Notes: a model not told the origin generated them from the sequence alone. A stretch of 64,000 nucleotides of DNA from Candidatus Amesbacteria bacterium (GCA_963736875.1 CAVTQH010000002.1:133294-197293); one strand, 5' to 3'; counted from the stretch's first letter, positions 1 through 10,669 are shown. Translations and numbers: made by a program.

Positions 1-1106
1 AAAAAGCCAAAATTGAACTTTCCTCGAGTTTAGAAGTCGAAATCAACCAGCCATATATTACTCAGCAGAACGGACAACCCCTGCATTTAAACTTAAAGCT
101 AACCCGGGCCAAACTGGAGTCTATTGTTGGTGACTTGATTCAAAAAACTACAGGCCCTGTCAAAGCCTGTCTTAAAGATGCCAAAAAAGACATTAAAGAT
201 ATTGATGAAGTAGTCTTGGTCGGCGGTATGACCCGGATGCCCAAAGTGATTGAAACTGTCAAAGACTTGTTTGGCAAAGAACCCAATAGAAGTGTAAATC
301 CCGATGAGGTTGTTGCTATCGGAGCTGCTATCCAGGGAGGAGTCCTGACAGGAGATGTTAAAGATGTGGTTCTTCTTGATGTTACACCCCTGACTTTGGG
401 GTTGGAGACTTTGGGCGGGGTTATGACTCCCCTGATTGACCGAAATACCACCATTCCCACCAGCAAAACTCAGGTTTTTTCTACTGCAGCTGACAGCCAA
501 ACCTCGGTAGAAATTCATGTTCTTCAGGGAGAACGTCCCATGGCAAATGACAATAAAACCCTTGGCCGCTTTATTCTTGATGGTATTCCGCCGGCTCCCC
601 GGGGTATCCCTCAGATTGAAGTAACCTTTGATATCGATGCCTCCGGAATTCTCAAGGTTTCTGCTAAAGATAAAGCCACCGGCAAGACTCAACATATCAC
701 TATCACCAACTCTACTAATCTGGATGAAAAGGAAGTAGAGAGAATGAAAGCGGAAGCGGAGAAACATCAGGCGGAAGATCTGGAAAAGAAAGCCAAGATT
801 GAGGCCAGAAATCAGGCTGATTCTCTGATTTTTACTTCCGAGAAGACCCTTAAAGATGCCGGTGATAAAGCCCCGGCTGATTTGAAAAAGGAAGTCGAAG
901 ACAAAGTCAAAAATCTCAAGGATATTCTGGAGACCGGTACCAAAGAAGATCTGGAAGCCAAGTCCAAAGATTTGATGGATTCTCTCCAAAAATTAGGAGG
1001 TTCCATGTACCAACAGCAAACTCCTCCTCCGGATCAAAGTGATCAGACAAAAAAGGCGGAAGATAAGAAGGAAGACAAACCCGAAGAAGGCGAAGTTGTA
1101 AACTAG
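1..1106 (+). CDS. dnaK: Molecular chaperone DnaK (Hsp70), C-terminal part; 5' end lies upstream of the window
   Basis: ORF 135..1106 continues in frame to the window edge. Hsp70 substrate-binding and lid sequence ([32 protein letters not shown]) and Lys/Glu-rich C-terminal tail. Confidence 0.95.
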   Translation, partial: KAKIELSSSLEVEINQPYITQQNGQPLHLNLKLTRAKLESIVGDLIQKTTGPVKACLKDAKKDIKDIDEVVLVGGMTRMPKVIETVKDLFGKEPNRSVNPDEVVAIGAAIQGGVLTGDVKDVVLLDVTPLTLGLETLGGVMTPLIDRNTTIPTSKTQVFSTAADSQTSVEIHVLQGERPMANDNKTLGRFILDGIPPAPRGIPQIEVTFDIDASGILKVSAKDKATGKTQHITITNSTNLDEKEVERMKAEAEKHQAEDLEKKAKIEARNQADSLIFTSEKTLKDAGDKAPADLKKEVEDKVKNLKDILETGTKEDLEAKSKDLMDSLQKLGGSMYQQQTPPPDQSDQTKKAEDKKEDKPEEGEVVN

Positions 1107-1114
1107 AAAAAGAA

Positions 1115-1134
1115 ATCCGGGTTTTATCCCGGAT
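1115..1134. terminator. Stem-loop between convergent dnaK (+) and RRM gene (-): ATCCGGG-ttttat-CCCGGAT, with a T-rich run on the minus-strand side
   Basis: Read directly: 7 bp perfect inverted repeat at 1115-1121 and 1128-1134. On the minus strand it is followed by TTCTTTTTCT. Placed where convergent transcripts end. Confidence 0.5.
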
Positions 1135-1163
1135 TTCCAAACGTTTTGAAACCAATACAAGAA

Positions 1164-1424
1164 TTACTTCTCAGGTTTTGGTCTGGCCACGTTCACAGTC
1201 ATCTTTCGGCCTTCGAAATCTTGTTCATGGAACATTTCAATTGCCTTTTTAGCTTCATCTTCAGTGCCCATCTCTACAAAACCGAAACCCTTGCTCCTGC
1301 CTGTAACCCGATCAGAAAGGACAACTGCGTCAACTACGGTTCCGGCTTTGGTAAACGCCTGTTTCAGCATATCCGAGGTGACCGCCCAATTTAAATTCCC
1401 GACGAAAAGTTTTTTATTGTTAAT
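1164..1424 (-). CDS. Small RRM-type RNA-binding protein (RNP-2 KLFVGNL, RNP-1 KGFGFVEM); start is probably a non-ATG codon (ATT at 1424-1422)
   Basis: The tracked ORF 1164..1370 begins at an internal Met. The in-frame upstream codons encode INNKKLFVGNLNWAVTSD (canonical RNP-2) back to a TGA at 1433-1431, with no ATG/GTG/TTG in between. A GGGGGTGA SD-like run sits 6 nt before the ATT. Confidence 0.7.
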   Translation of the reverse strand: MNNKKLFVGNLNWAVTSDMLKQAFTKAGTVVDAVVLSDRVTGRSKGFGFVEMGTEDEAKKAIEMFHEQDFEGRKMTVNVARPKPEK

Positions 1425-1488
1425 ACTAAGTCACCCCCATCAGAACAACCGACATAAACACCTCCATTTTACAGTAAAATGCGTATAA

Positions 1489-1926
1489 ATGCCACCTTCA
1501 TTTCCATCCTGGCTCAAGATTAAATTTTTGCCGGTTTCTACCCGGACAGCAGCAGACGCAGCGGCAGCTTTGGGGGTTGATTTGGGCCGGATTGGCAAAT
1601 CCCTGATTTTTTACTCCGTAACAACCGACAATCCCGTTCTGATCATTGCCAGTGGTGCTAACCGGGTGGATAAGGAAAAGGTCGGGAAGTACCTGGGTTT
1701 TAAAATTAAGACCGCCGGTCCGGATTATGTTTTGGAAATCACCGGTTATCCCGTCGGGGGAGTTCCGCCTTTTAATCACAAACAACCTATTCGTACACTT
1801 ATTGATAAAGACCTAATGCAATATGATGAAATTTGGGTCGCAGCCGGTACTCCCGACTCCCTTTTCCCCATTTCCCCCCAAAAACTGGTAAAGGTATCAA
1901 ACGCCGAAATTGTAGCTATCTGCTAA
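1489..1926 (+). CDS. YbaK/ProX-family aminoacyl-tRNA trans-editing deacylase
   Basis: 145 aa; ITGYPVGGVPPF and overall YbaK-like layout. Family-level call from motif memory. Confidence 0.55.
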   Translation: MPPSFPSWLKIKFLPVSTRTAADAAAALGVDLGRIGKSLIFYSVTTDNPVLIIASGANRVDKEKVGKYLGFKIKTAGPDYVLEITGYPVGGVPPFNHKQPIRTLIDKDLMQYDEIWVAAGTPDSLFPISPQKLVKVSNAEIVAIC

Positions 1927-1940
1927 CTCTTGTCATCTGT

Positions 1941-2804
1941 TTAAACCTTCCACCTGGCAAAGATTCCGGCGGGTAATATTCTTCCCCCGACAGTTTCTTC
2001 TATTCCCAATTCCCCGTTTTCAATTTCTCCTTTGAGATCTTTTGTCACATCCGAGAGCAGATTTCCCAACACCAGACTGGACATATCAGCGGTATAAGCG
2101 TTTATAAGCCAAAACAGGGGAGCAGGGGATATGATTTCCCTGCAGGCAGTTACTAATTCTGGCAGATTCTCCATAAGTTTCCACACCTCACCCTTCATTC
2201 CCCGACCAAACCGGGGTGGATCCATGATTATTCCGTCGTATTTTACTCCCCGTTTAATTTCCCGTTTTACAAATTTAAAAGCATCATCCTGGATCCAGCG
2301 GATTTTTTCCCTGGGTACACCCGACAATTTGGTATTTTCAGAAGCCCACATCATAGCCGGCTTCGATGCATCCACATGGGTAACATGCACTCCGGTTAAT
2401 GCCGCGGCAATCGTCGCCCCTCCCGTATACGCAAATAAATTAAGTATTTTTATATTTGTAGTTTGTAATCTGGAATTTGTGATTTGATTGGCGATCCATT
2501 CCCAATTAACTGCCTGTTCCGGAAATACTCCCGTATGTTTAAATTCTGTTGGTTTCAAAATAAACTTAATATTTTGGTAGGATATCTGCCATGGATTTGG
2601 CGGGGAAGTTTTAAAATCCCAATTTTCTTCAAATATCCCGTCTGCCTCCGCCCAGATTTTGATGTTACTTCTTCTCCATATGGCTCTGGGATCAGGTCTG
2701 ATGGTAATAAACTGCCCCCACCTTTCCAGTTTCTTTCCCTCTCCCGAATCTATCAGTTCATAATCTTTCCACCCCTCGGGACAAAAAATATGCGTATTTG
2801 TCAT
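1941..2804 (-). CDS. Class I SAM-dependent RNA methyltransferase, RlmI/COG1092-like
   Basis: 287 aa; SAM motif I LNLFAYTGGATIAAALTG; DPPRFG motif IV. Confidence 0.55.
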   Translation of the reverse strand: MTNTHIFCPEGWKDYELIDSGEGKKLERWGQFITIRPDPRAIWRRSNIKIWAEADGIFEENWDFKTSPPNPWQISYQNIKFILKPTEFKHTGVFPEQAVNWEWIANQITNSRLQTTNIKILNLFAYTGGATIAAALTGVHVTHVDASKPAMMWASENTKLSGVPREKIRWIQDDAFKFVKREIKRGVKYDGIIMDPPRFGRGMKGEVWKLMENLPELVTACREIISPAPLFWLINAYTADMSSLVLGNLLSDVTKDLKGEIENGELGIEETVGGRILPAGIFARWKV

Positions 2805-3146
2805 TTACACTCTTCTTCTTTTCTTTGGTCTGGATCCGTTATGCGCCATCGGAGTTACATCGGCAATCAGTGACATTTTCATCCCGGCTGCTTTCAAAGC
2901 GCGTAAAGCTGCATCCCGCCCGGCACCGGGACCTTTCAGATATACTTCTACTTCCTTTATTCCGGTGGCCATGGCTTTCCTGGCTGTTGCCTCTACTGCC
3001 GTTGTGGCCGCAAAAGGGGTAGCTTTTCTGGCTCCCTTAAATCCGGATGCCCCGGAAGACCCCCAGGCTATGACGTTTCCTGAAGCATCTGCAATGGTCA
3101 CTAAAGTATTATTAAAGGTCGCGGTAATATATGCCTTGCCGTTCAT
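2805..3146 (-). CDS. rpsK: 30S ribosomal protein S11
   Basis: 113 aa; typical S11 sequence ([27 protein letters not shown]). Confidence 0.95.
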   Translation of the reverse strand: MNGKAYITATFNNTLVTIADASGNVIAWGSSGASGFKGARKATPFAATTAVEATARKAMATGIKEVEVYLKGPGAGRDAALRALKAAGMKMSLIADVTPMAHNGSRPKKRRRV

Positions 3147-3568
3147 TTGGCATCCTCCTTTTTCTCCTTCTCCTTCTTGGCTACCTCCACTTTAGCTAAT
3201 GCCTCTTTCTTTAAAGCTCCGATAGTTACTCTCTTACCTCTCTTAGTCCGGGCGTTGGTTCTGGTTCTCTGGCCTCTGGAAGGCAAACCCCTGGCATGCC
3301 TTAAACCCCGGTAAGATCCGATTTCCTTAAGCCTGGTTACATTTTGGGAAATCTGCTTTCTTAAATCGCCTTCCACTTTTATTCCTTCAATCACTTTCTG
3401 TAGTCGTGATACCTCTTCAGCAGTCAAGCTCTCCACTCTTTTCGCCGCGTCTACAGCTGCCTTAGTCAATATTCCTGCTACATTTGTTCTTCCGATCCCG
3501 AAAATATAAGTCAAAGCAACATCTATGCGCTTCTTTTCCGGAATATCTATACCTGCAATTCTGGGCAT
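3143..3568 (-). CDS. rpsM: 30S ribosomal protein S13 with Lys/Glu-rich C-terminal tail
   Basis: [10 protein letters not shown]... [11 protein letters not shown]; 4 nt overlap with rpsK. Confidence 0.95.
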   Translation of the reverse strand: MPRIAGIDIPEKKRIDVALTYIFGIGRTNVAGILTKAAVDAAKRVESLTAEEVSRLQKVIEGIKVEGDLRKQISQNVTRLKEIGSYRGLRHARGLPSRGQRTRTNARTKRGKRVTIGALKKEALAKVEVAKKEKEKKEDAK

Positions 3569-3576
3569 ATATTATT

Positions 3577-3690
3577 TCATCCCTGGCGCTGCTTATGCCG
3601 GGGATTTGTACAAATAACAAACAGCACACCTTTGCGTTTAATTACTTTGCAATTACGGCAGCGGGTTTTAATAGAAGCTTGTACTTTCAT
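3577..3690 (-). CDS. rpmJ: 50S ribosomal protein L36 (37 aa); too short for the ORF track
   Basis: Hand translation of the minus strand gives [37 protein letters not shown], stop TGA at 3579-3577. Its ATG overlaps the infA TGA (ATGA). Canonical infA-rpmJ-rpsM order. Confidence 0.85.
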   Translation of the reverse strand: MKVQASIKTRCRNCKVIKRKGVLFVICTNPRHKQRQG

Positions 3691-3926
3691 TTTAATTTGT
3701 ACACAATTCTTCCCCGGCTGGTATCCAGGGCGGAAATTTCACACCTCACCCTGTCACCGGGCAACAACCTGACATAATTCAGCCGCATTTTTCCGGCTAT
3801 GGTGCACAGAACAATTTTTCCGATCAGAGCTTGTTCGCCGGTAGTGTCTATTTTTACCCGAAACATAGTGTTGGGTAAATTTTCAACCACCACCCCTTCA
3901 GCCAAAAAGTTCTTTAGATCACTCAT
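3687..3926 (-). CDS. infA: Translation initiation factor IF-1
   Basis: 79 aa; S1-like OB fold sequence. Confidence 0.95.
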   Translation of the reverse strand: MSDLKNFLAEGVVVENLPNTMFRVKIDTTGEQALIGKIVLCTIAGKMRLNYVRLLPGDRVRCEISALDTSRGRIVYKLK

Positions 3927-3930
3927 TCTT

Positions 3931-4701
3931 TCAAATATTTTCTGTTCCTGTCAGGATAACCGGGCCGGATTGTGCCAAAGCCACGGTTTGCTCAAACAGC
4001 CCTGATATTTTACCATCAGCCGTGGCTATTGTCCAACCATCATCATTTTTATACACGACCTCAAATATCCCCGCGTTATACATTACTTCTATGGCTAAAA
4101 CCATTCCTGTCTGTAAAACCTGTGAGTGTTCATATTTCCCCACAACAAAGCAGGGGATAGCAGGCTCTTCGTGAAGGTTCTTTCCTACCCCATGGCCTGT
4201 AAGTGCCCGCACTGCACTATATCCGGCAGCTTCAACAGTCTCCTGTATCGCTTTCGAGATATCAGCCACTCTTTTTCCCGGTTTGGCTTGCTCAATAGCC
4301 GTCTTCAAAGCCAGTTTACCCGTATCCAGAAACTTATTACTATTGCTGTTCACAATTACTGTTGTCGCTGTATCTGTGTGATATCCCTTATAAAAAAGCC
4401 CTACATCAATACCCACCTTGTCGCCATCCCTGATAACAGTCTCATCAGGTATACCATGGACCACCACATCATTTAAGTTAATACAGGTAGCCCAATAGTA
4501 TCCCGGCACCATCTTAAAAGAAGCCTTGCCTCCGGCTTTTTCGATCATATCACTAGCCATTTTTTCCAAGTCCATGGTTCTTATCCCCGGTTTGACTGCA
4601 AAAGCTAAGGTGTCCCTGATATTTCCCAGAATTTGCCCTCCCCGGGCCATAATTTTTATCTCTCCCTCCGTTTTTATTGTCAATTTATCCATGTAATTCA
4701 C
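3931..4701 (-). CDS. map: Methionine aminopeptidase type I (alternative start MDKL at 4692)
   Basis: 256 aa; pita-bread fold metal ligands context (GHGVG, HEEP). Confidence 0.9.
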   Translation of the reverse strand: MNYMDKLTIKTEGEIKIMARGGQILGNIRDTLAFAVKPGIRTMDLEKMASDMIEKAGGKASFKMVPGYYWATCINLNDVVVHGIPDETVIRDGDKVGIDVGLFYKGYHTDTATTVIVNSNSNKFLDTGKLALKTAIEQAKPGKRVADISKAIQETVEAAGYSAVRALTGHGVGKNLHEEPAIPCFVVGKYEHSQVLQTGMVLAIEVMYNAGIFEVVYKNDDGWTIATADGKISGLFEQTVALAQSGPVILTGTENI

Positions 4702-5336
4702 AATCCCAATTTGGCTACAATTTCTTGATGAATTCTCTCAATCGGTCTTTCCCCATTAATTTCCACCAATACCCCTTCTTTTTTTGCTGCCTCGATTACT
4801 TTTTCCGTGGAACGGTTAAAAGCCTCCAATCTTTTTTTAATAGCGTCCGGTGTATCATCTTCCCTTTGCACCAAATTGCCTCCGCATTCACAATTATTTC
4901 CGTAAGGTGACGGGTCAGTAACCAGGTTATAAACCTTACCGCATATCCGGCACGTCTGTCTGGACGAAAGCCTTTTTATTGTTTCTGCCTCGGAAATATT
5001 AATAAAAATTACTTTATCCATCCGTTCACCCTTAGAAGCCAGAATATTCCTGATTAATTTGTATTGGGGAAAATTGCGCGGTGTCCCGTCAAACAAAAAA
5101 CCTTTGGGGTGACTCAGGTTTAAGGTTTCTTTCAAAACCGTGTTCAAAATATCATCGGATACCAAAACTCCCTTAAGCATCATACTTTTTACCTTTCTAC
5201 CCCACGGATGATCTGACTCGGCGATTTTCCTTAATATTTCCCCCGTTTCTACACGCGTAAATCCATACTTACTGACAAGCATCCCTGCCTGGGTGCCCTT
5301 ACCTGACCCCTGCGGCCCCAATATCACCAGGTTCAT
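4698..5336 (-). CDS. adk: Adenylate kinase with Zn-binding lid (CRICG...CECG)
   Basis: P-loop [10 protein letters not shown]; Cys4 lid. Confidence 0.95.
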   Translation of the reverse strand: MNLVILGPQGSGKGTQAGMLVSKYGFTRVETGEILRKIAESDHPWGRKVKSMMLKGVLVSDDILNTVLKETLNLSHPKGFLFDGTPRNFPQYKLIRNILASKGERMDKVIFINISEAETIKRLSSRQTCRICGKVYNLVTDPSPYGNNCECGGNLVQREDDTPDAIKKRLEAFNRSTEKVIEAAKKEGVLVEINGERPIERIHQEIVAKLGL

Positions 5337-6622
5337 ATATTCAAAAATCCTTCGTAGTTTCTTACCAACAGCTGGGATTGCAGGGACTTGGTTGTTTCTA
5401 AAACCACCGATACCACAATCAATAGTCCTGTCCCTCCGATTGATAAAGTGGGAATCTTAAAAATACCCTGCATAATTGCGGGTAAGATTGCAATTAATCC
5501 CAAAAAAACCGCTCCGGCCAAAGTAATTCTGTTTAGAACCCCCGACAGATAATGTGCCGTGGCTTCACCCGGCCTGACACCGGGGATGAAACCGCCGTAT
5601 TTTTTCAAATCGTCTGCAATTTTTTCCGGATTAAATACAATTGCCGTATAAAAGTAGGTGAATCCCACTACTAGGGCAAAATAAATCAGGTTATAAGGCG
5701 TTCCCCCGGGTTTCATAAACTCTACCGTTTGTTTAGCAATGTTCACTATCATCGGGTTCGGGACTTGCTCCACAAACTTTCCCACCATTGAAGGTAAAAG
5801 TACCAAAGAGACGGCAAAAATTATCGGGATTACTCCGGCCTGATTGATCCGCAAAGGCAGATGGGTGGATTGTCCCCCGTACAATCTGCCGGCTCTTAAC
5901 CTTTTTGCGTACTGTACCACAATATTCCGTGATGCCTCATTCATAAATACCACCCCTGCAATTACTAAAAGCCCCACCACAATAAACACCAGCACACTCC
6001 CCAGATTTATAGTCTCCAAAGTTGAGGCTGTCTGCCCGATCATCACCGGCATTCTTCCCACTATTCCGGCAAATATCAGCAAGCTTATTCCGTTGCCCAC
6101 GCCATATTCGGTTATCAGTTCTCCCAACCACACGGTCAAAATTGTTCCCGCCAGCATTGTTACCAGTAACGCCAACAGTTGCAATGGGTTCAGAACTCCG
6201 ATTATCCCCTGGCCTTTAAGTAAAAAATACATGCCGAAAGCCTGCAAAATTGCAATAGGAACTGTTAAAAGTCTGGTATATTGATTCACAACTTCTCTTC
6301 CGTACTCACCCTCTTTCTGTAATTCCTCCAATTTGGGAAAAACTACGGTCAAAAGTTGAATAATAATCGAGGCATTAATATACGGGCCGAGACCAAGTGC
6401 CACCAAGCTGAAATTTGCCAGAGTGCCTCCGGAAAAGATATCCAAAAGTCCCAGAAGCTGGCTTGAAGAAAACAGCATTTTCAAAGCCTCTTTATCCACA
6501 CCGGCCGCCGGGATATGTGCCAGAAATCTATAAAGAAGAAGCATTACCGCAGTAAAAATTAATTTTCGTCTCAGATCCCGGGCGGTCCAAACTTGCCGCA
6601 GACTGTTTATAATTTTTTCCAT
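5333..6622 (-). CDS. secY: Preprotein translocase subunit SecY
   Basis: 429 aa, about ten TM segments, SecY signature; position in the spc operon. Confidence 0.95.
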   Translation of the reverse strand: MEKIINSLRQVWTARDLRRKLIFTAVMLLLYRFLAHIPAAGVDKEALKMLFSSSQLLGLLDIFSGGTLANFSLVALGLGPYINASIIIQLLTVVFPKLEELQKEGEYGREVVNQYTRLLTVPIAILQAFGMYFLLKGQGIIGVLNPLQLLALLVTMLAGTILTVWLGELITEYGVGNGISLLIFAGIVGRMPVMIGQTASTLETINLGSVLVFIVVGLLVIAGVVFMNEASRNIVVQYAKRLRAGRLYGGQSTHLPLRINQAGVIPIIFAVSLVLLPSMVGKFVEQVPNPMIVNIAKQTVEFMKPGGTPYNLIYFALVVGFTYFYTAIVFNPEKIADDLKKYGGFIPGVRPGEATAHYLSGVLNRITLAGAVFLGLIAILPAIMQGIFKIPTLSIGGTGLLIVVSVVLETTKSLQSQLLVRNYEGFLNI

Positions 6623-6625
6623 ATC

Positions 6626-7069
6626 TTAATCAACGACTTTACCTCCGGCTTTAAGAATTTTTTCCCTCGCCGATTTTGAAGCTCTTACCCTTACGTCTAA
6701 TGCTTGTTTAATTTCTCCAGTTCCCAATATTTTTACCGATTTACCACCGGATTCTTTTAGCCACCCCTTTTTTACCAGATTGTCCTCTGAAACAGGTATT
6801 CCTTTCGGCCATTCGGATAATGCCTGGAGATTAATTATTACCGGTTTATTTTCCCAGGATTTTAGTTTTCCCCTTCCCCTCCACAAGGGTAACCTTTTAA
6901 TAAACGATTTTTTTATCTTTGTCCCTTCAAAAATCGGAGATATTTTATCTCTGGATTTTTGTCCCTTCATCCCCCGGCCGGAGGTATGACCGCCCTTACC
7001 CGATCCGATACCTCTTCCTACTCTTTTTGCTCGCCGTTGGGTAATTTTTGGTAATTTATTTAATTGCAT
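6626..7069 (-). CDS. rplO: 50S ribosomal protein L15
   Basis: GRGIGSGKGGHTSGRG motif. Confidence 0.9.
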   Translation of the reverse strand: MQLNKLPKITQRRAKRVGRGIGSGKGGHTSGRGMKGQKSRDKISPIFEGTKIKKSFIKRLPLWRGRGKLKSWENKPVIINLQALSEWPKGIPVSEDNLVKKGWLKESGGKSVKILGTGEIKQALDVRVRASKSAREKILKAGGKVVD

Positions 7070-7079
7070 AATTTACAGG

Positions 7080-7535
7080 TTACTTTCTGTTTTTTAATCT
7101 TTTTAACGCTTCAAATGTAGCATAAACATTGCTTGCCCTGTTAGATGTTCCCAGTATTTTCCCGATCACATCCTTAATTCCTGCTGCCTCAACTATTGCC
7201 CTGACCGGTCCGCCCGCAATTACACCGCTTCCTGCCGGAGCCGGCTTAAGCATCAATTTTGCGGCTCCCAGCTTAATCCTTATCTCGTGAGGAATAGTTG
7301 TACCCCTCATAGCCACAGTAATAAGTCTCTTTTGGGCATAAGTGCTGCCTTTTCTGATTGCTGATGATACGTCCGTAGCTTTTCCCAAGCCTATTCCCAC
7401 CCGGCCTTTTTTATCACCGACAACCATCAGGGCCGAAAATCCAATTCTGTTTCCCCCCTTGGTCTTCTTACTTACACGATTCACCTGTACCACTTTTTCT
7501 TCAAATTCTTTCTCAATTTTTTCAGGATTAAACAT
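7080..7535 (-). CDS. rpsE: 30S ribosomal protein S5 (followed directly by L15; no L30 gene between them)
   Basis: S5 dsRBD and C-terminal domain sequence. The 10 nt gap to rplO leaves no room for rpmD. Confidence 0.95.
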   Translation of the reverse strand: MFNPEKIEKEFEEKVVQVNRVSKKTKGGNRIGFSALMVVGDKKGRVGIGLGKATDVSSAIRKGSTYAQKRLITVAMRGTTIPHEIRIKLGAAKLMLKPAPAGSGVIAGGPVRAIVEAAGIKDVIGKILGTSNRASNVYATFEALKRLKNRK

Positions 7536-7544
7536 AATATAAAA

Positions 7545-7865
7545 TTAAAAATGTAAACCGGCTTCCCTGGCGGATTCAGCCAGTTGTTTTATTCGCCCAT
7601 GATACTTATAAGCTCCTCTGTCAAAGACAACCTCTTTTATTTTAGCTTTGATCGCCTTTTTAGCAATTTCAGTTCCCACTTCGGATGCTTTCTTTGCCTT
7701 TACTCCCGCCACCGTTGCACCGGATTTTAAATTTATCACTTGGGCTGAAATATATTTATTGCTTCTTCTGGCCACCAATTTATACATGACCTTGCTCCCT
7801 TTAAGTATTCTGAACTTGGTTCTGGCAGTCCGGTGAATTTTATTATGTTTATATCTTTTAATCAT
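7545..7865 (-). CDS. rplR: 50S ribosomal protein L18
   Basis: 106 aa; L18 sequence. Confidence 0.9.
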   Translation of the reverse strand: MIKRYKHNKIHRTARTKFRILKGSKVMYKLVARRSNKYISAQVINLKSGATVAGVKAKKASEVGTEIAKKAIKAKIKEVVFDRGAYKYHGRIKQLAESAREAGLHF

Positions 7866-7871
7866 AATATT

Positions 7872-8408
7872 TTAGGCGGCTGCTTTGGCAGCTTTGCCCA
7901 CTTTACGAATAATTATTTCCCCTTCATATTTAAATCCCTTGGCTTTGTAAGGATCTGCAGGTTTCAGGCCTCTGATTTTAGCTGCTACTTCTCCGACAAT
8001 TATTTTGTCCATACCGGAAACCGTAATCCGGTTTTCTTTTACCTCAAAGTTTATCCCCGGTGGGGCTTTAATTACCACCGGATGTGAAAATCCCAGAGCT
8101 AACTGCAGCTCGGATCCGGTGGTACCGGCTCTGTATCCGGTTCCCGATAGTTCAACTGTTTTTGTCCATCCTTCGGTTACCCCCTTTACCATATTGGATA
8201 ACAAAGCCCTGGTCGTTCCATGGATATTAGGTAAATTCTCTTCAGTCATTTCCACAACAGCTTCCCCGGGGGTTATTTTTATCAGGGCTTTCTCATGCAG
8301 CTTGGTTTTAATACTGCCTTTGGGCCCGACCACTTCCGCCCATCCACCACCTGTTTTTATGGTTACCTCTTCTGGTAATCTGATTGGTAATTTTCCGATT
8401 TTAGACAT
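7872..8408 (-). CDS. rplF: 50S ribosomal protein L6
   Basis: 178 aa; two-domain L6. Confidence 0.95.
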   Translation of the reverse strand: MSKIGKLPIRLPEEVTIKTGGGWAEVVGPKGSIKTKLHEKALIKITPGEAVVEMTEENLPNIHGTTRALLSNMVKGVTEGWTKTVELSGTGYRAGTTGSELQLALGFSHPVVIKAPPGINFEVKENRITVSGMDKIIVGEVAAKIRGLKPADPYKAKGFKYEGEIIIRKVGKAAKAAA

Positions 8409-8423
8409 ATTAGGTTTAATAAA

Positions 8424-8804
8424 TTACCACACTTGGGCAATAACTTCTCCGCCGGTATTTAATTTTTTTGCTTGTTTTCCGCTCATAATCCCCTTCGGTG
8501 TGGTCAGGATGGATATTCCCCATCCTCCCAACACTCTCGGCAAAGCTTTAATACTGGAATAGATTCTTGCCCCCGGTTTGCTCACTCTCTTAATCCCGGA
8601 AATCGCCGGATCCTTACCTTCATACTTTAAAGTTAATATAAGTTTCTGCCCATCCTTTTTCACCCCTTTTAAATATCCTTCATCCAAAAGAACTTTAGCC
8701 ACTTTTTCTATAGCCTTCGTTGTCGGAGTTTCCATGGTTTCCAGGTTGGCCCGATAACCGTTTCTTACCCTGGTCACAAAATCTGATAATTGGTCGTTTA
8801 CCAT
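8424..8804 (-). CDS. rpsH: 30S ribosomal protein S8
   Basis: 126 aa; S8 sequence. Confidence 0.95.
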   Translation of the reverse strand: MVNDQLSDFVTRVRNGYRANLETMETPTTKAIEKVAKVLLDEGYLKGVKKDGQKLILTLKYEGKDPAISGIKRVSKPGARIYSSIKALPRVLGGWGISILTTPKGIMSGKQAKKLNTGGEVIAQVW

Positions 8805-8986
8805 GACGCCTTTCTTACCCCCGGGAGTTCCCCTTTATTTGCTAACTCACGAAAACAAAGCCTGCACAGTCCGAATAATCTGATATATGCTCTCGGACGT
8901 CCGCACAAACGACACCTGTTCCGGTGTTGGGTCGGATACTTCAGGTATCCCTTGGTTTGTTTGACAATTTTTGATGTTTTGGCCAT
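8798..8986 (-). CDS. rpsZ: 30S ribosomal protein S14 type Z (Zn ribbon CRLCGRP...CRLC); start at MAKTS
   Basis: 61 aa from the second Met. The tracked ORF start at 9007 would overlap rplE. Confidence 0.9.
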   Translation of the reverse strand: MAKTSKIVKQTKGYLKYPTQHRNRCRLCGRPRAYIRLFGLCRLCFRELANKGELPGVRKASW

Positions 8987-8987
8987 T

Positions 8988-9536
8988 TTATTTATCCGCC
9001 TTTTCAAAAGGCATACCCATCAAAGTCAGTAATCGTTGGGCAATTTTATCATTCCCCGGCGGCTTCAGGACAAACGTGATTTCCAAACCCCTAATCCTGT
9101 CCAACCTGGCGTAATCAATCTCCGGAAATACAATTTGTTCCGTAATTCCCAAGGTATAATTCCCGTTTCGGTCAAAAGCCTTGCTTGATACCCCCTGAAA
9201 ATCTCTTACCCGGGGGAGGGCAATACCCACCAGTTTCGAAATGAAATCATACATTCTGCTACCCCTTAAGTTGACGGTTAATCCTACCGGATCACCTTGT
9301 CTTAATTTAAATCCTGCAATCGACAATTTTGCAGTAGTCACCTTCGGTTTTTGGCCTGAGATAGCAGTAATTTGCTCTACAGCTTTATCCAACACTCCCT
9401 TGTCATGGGCTGCTTCTTTTACCCCGACATTAATTACCACCTTGGAGATTCTTGGGACGGCCATTTTATTGGAAATGCCAAACTCTTCCATCAGGGACGG
9501 AATGATCTTTTCTTGATAATACTGTTTTAAATTCAT
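8988..9536 (-). CDS. rplE: 50S ribosomal protein L5
   Basis: 182 aa; L5 sequence. Confidence 0.95.
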   Translation of the reverse strand: MNLKQYYQEKIIPSLMEEFGISNKMAVPRISKVVINVGVKEAAHDKGVLDKAVEQITAISGQKPKVTTAKLSIAGFKLRQGDPVGLTVNLRGSRMYDFISKLVGIALPRVRDFQGVSSKAFDRNGNYTLGITEQIVFPEIDYARLDRIRGLEITFVLKPPGNDKIAQRLLTLMGMPFEKADK

Positions 9537-9539
9537 AAC

Positions 9540-9848
9540 TTAATTAATATCTGCATCACATTTTCTGCATACTCTAATCTTATTACCGTCAATGAATTTA
9601 TACCCTACCCGGGTTTGCTGTTTGCACTTTGGGCAGATCAAAGCCACTTTGGAAAGTAGTATCGGCCGGCTTAAGGTCAGTATTTCCCCCGGCTTGTTTT
9701 CTCCCTGGGATTTACGATGTTTTTTATACTCATTAACTCCCGGTATTAGTACCGATTGTAAGCCGGGAAAGACTCTTTCTGCCTTTGCCTGCTTCCCCCT
9801 GTTCTTGCCCGTTGTTACTATAACGGTATCACCTTTTTTTATTTTCAT
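9540..9848 (-). CDS. rplX: 50S ribosomal protein L24 (KOW domain) with C-terminal CxxC...CxxC Zn-ribbon-like tail
   Basis: MKIKKGDTVIVTTGKNRGK; CPKC...CRKC at the C-terminus. Confidence 0.9.
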   Translation of the reverse strand: MKIKKGDTVIVTTGKNRGKQAKAERVFPGLQSVLIPGVNEYKKHRKSQGENKPGEILTLSRPILLSKVALICPKCKQQTRVGYKFIDGNKIRVCRKCDADIN

Positions 9849-10216
9849 AGAACCTCACTTGCCAGAGAGGCAATCTTAGTAAATCCTGCATCTTTAACTT
9901 CACGGGCAATCGGGCCGAATACCCTTGTGCCCCTCGGCTCTTTTGATTTAGGGTCAATAATCACTGCCGCGTTATCATCAAATCTTATATAACTGCCGTC
10001 CTTTCTTCTTCTCTCTTTCCTTGTTCTGACTATTACCGCCTTTACAATTTCGGAATCTGAAACAACCCCGTTTGGATCAGCTTTATCTACCACTGCCGTT
10101 ACAATATCTCCTACATATGCATAAGTTCTTTTCCATGCACCTGCCACATGGATTAATCTTAATCTTTTAGCCCCGCAATTATCCGCAGGCTCCAGTATGC
10201 TTCTAAGCTGTACCAT
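9845..10216 (-). CDS. rplN: 50S ribosomal protein L14
   Basis: 123 aa; L14 sequence. Confidence 0.95.
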   Translation of the reverse strand: MVQLRSILEPADNCGAKRLRLIHVAGAWKRTYAYVGDIVTAVVDKADPNGVVSDSEIVKAVIVRTRKERRRKDGSYIRFDDNAAVIIDPKSKEPRGTRVFGPIAREVKDAGFTKIASLASEVL

Positions 10217-10445
10217 ACGACTTGATTACTTCAATAACTTTCCATTTTTTGGTTTTGCTCAAAGGTCTTGATTCAGCCAATTTGACGATATCTCCGGTTT
10301 TTACTTCCATCTCATTATGGGCATGATATTTCTTGGTTCGCCTGATCCGTTTATGGTAAACCGGGTGAGCCATGGATTTTTCCACCTCGACTACTACGGT
10401 TTTTTTCATTTTTGCGGTAATAACTTTTCCGATTATGGTTTTCAT
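10203..10445 (-). CDS. rpsQ: 30S ribosomal protein S17
   Basis: 80 aa; S17 OB fold sequence. Confidence 0.9.
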   Translation of the reverse strand: MKTIIGKVITAKMKKTVVVEVEKSMAHPVYHKRIRRTKKYHAHNEMEVKTGDIVKLAESRPLSKTKKWKVIEVIKSYGTA

Positions 10446-10666
10446 GATTTGTCTGCAGATTTTACACTAATAATTGTTTTTACTCGGGCTAAATCTTTTT
10501 TTATATGAAAAATCTCCCTCATATTTTTTAGTCTGCCTACTGATTTTTCAAGTTTCTTTTTGGATATATCCAAAGCCAATTGCTTGGACTTTACCATCAA
10601 TTCCGGGACGGTCATATCCTTAAATGCTGTTGTTATGACGATATTTTTAGTTTGTTTTTTAGCCAT
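10442..10666 (-). CDS. rpmC: 50S ribosomal protein L29
   Basis: 74 aa helical; position between L16 and S17. Confidence 0.85.
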   Translation of the reverse strand: MAKKQTKNIVITTAFKDMTVPELMVKSKQLALDISKKKLEKSVGRLKNMREIFHIKKDLARVKTIISVKSADKS

Positions 10667-10669
10667 ATA

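Noticed and set aside
99-989. 296-aa antisense ORF (and 140..466) opposite dnaK
   Set aside because: It lies entirely within the conserved Hsp70 coding sequence, has a low-complexity translation, and has no start context. Shadow ORF.
5844-6284. 146-aa plus-strand ORF inside secY, and similar antisense ORFs inside rpoB, rpoC, pnp, dnaJ, the Lon-like gene, tuf and fusA (for example 44157..44531, 48472..48939, 24019..24475, 18917..19333, 26388..26882, 15616..15891, 17914..18282)
   Set aside because: All are embedded in and antisense to strongly conserved genes. No motifs were seen. Typical GC-frame artefacts.
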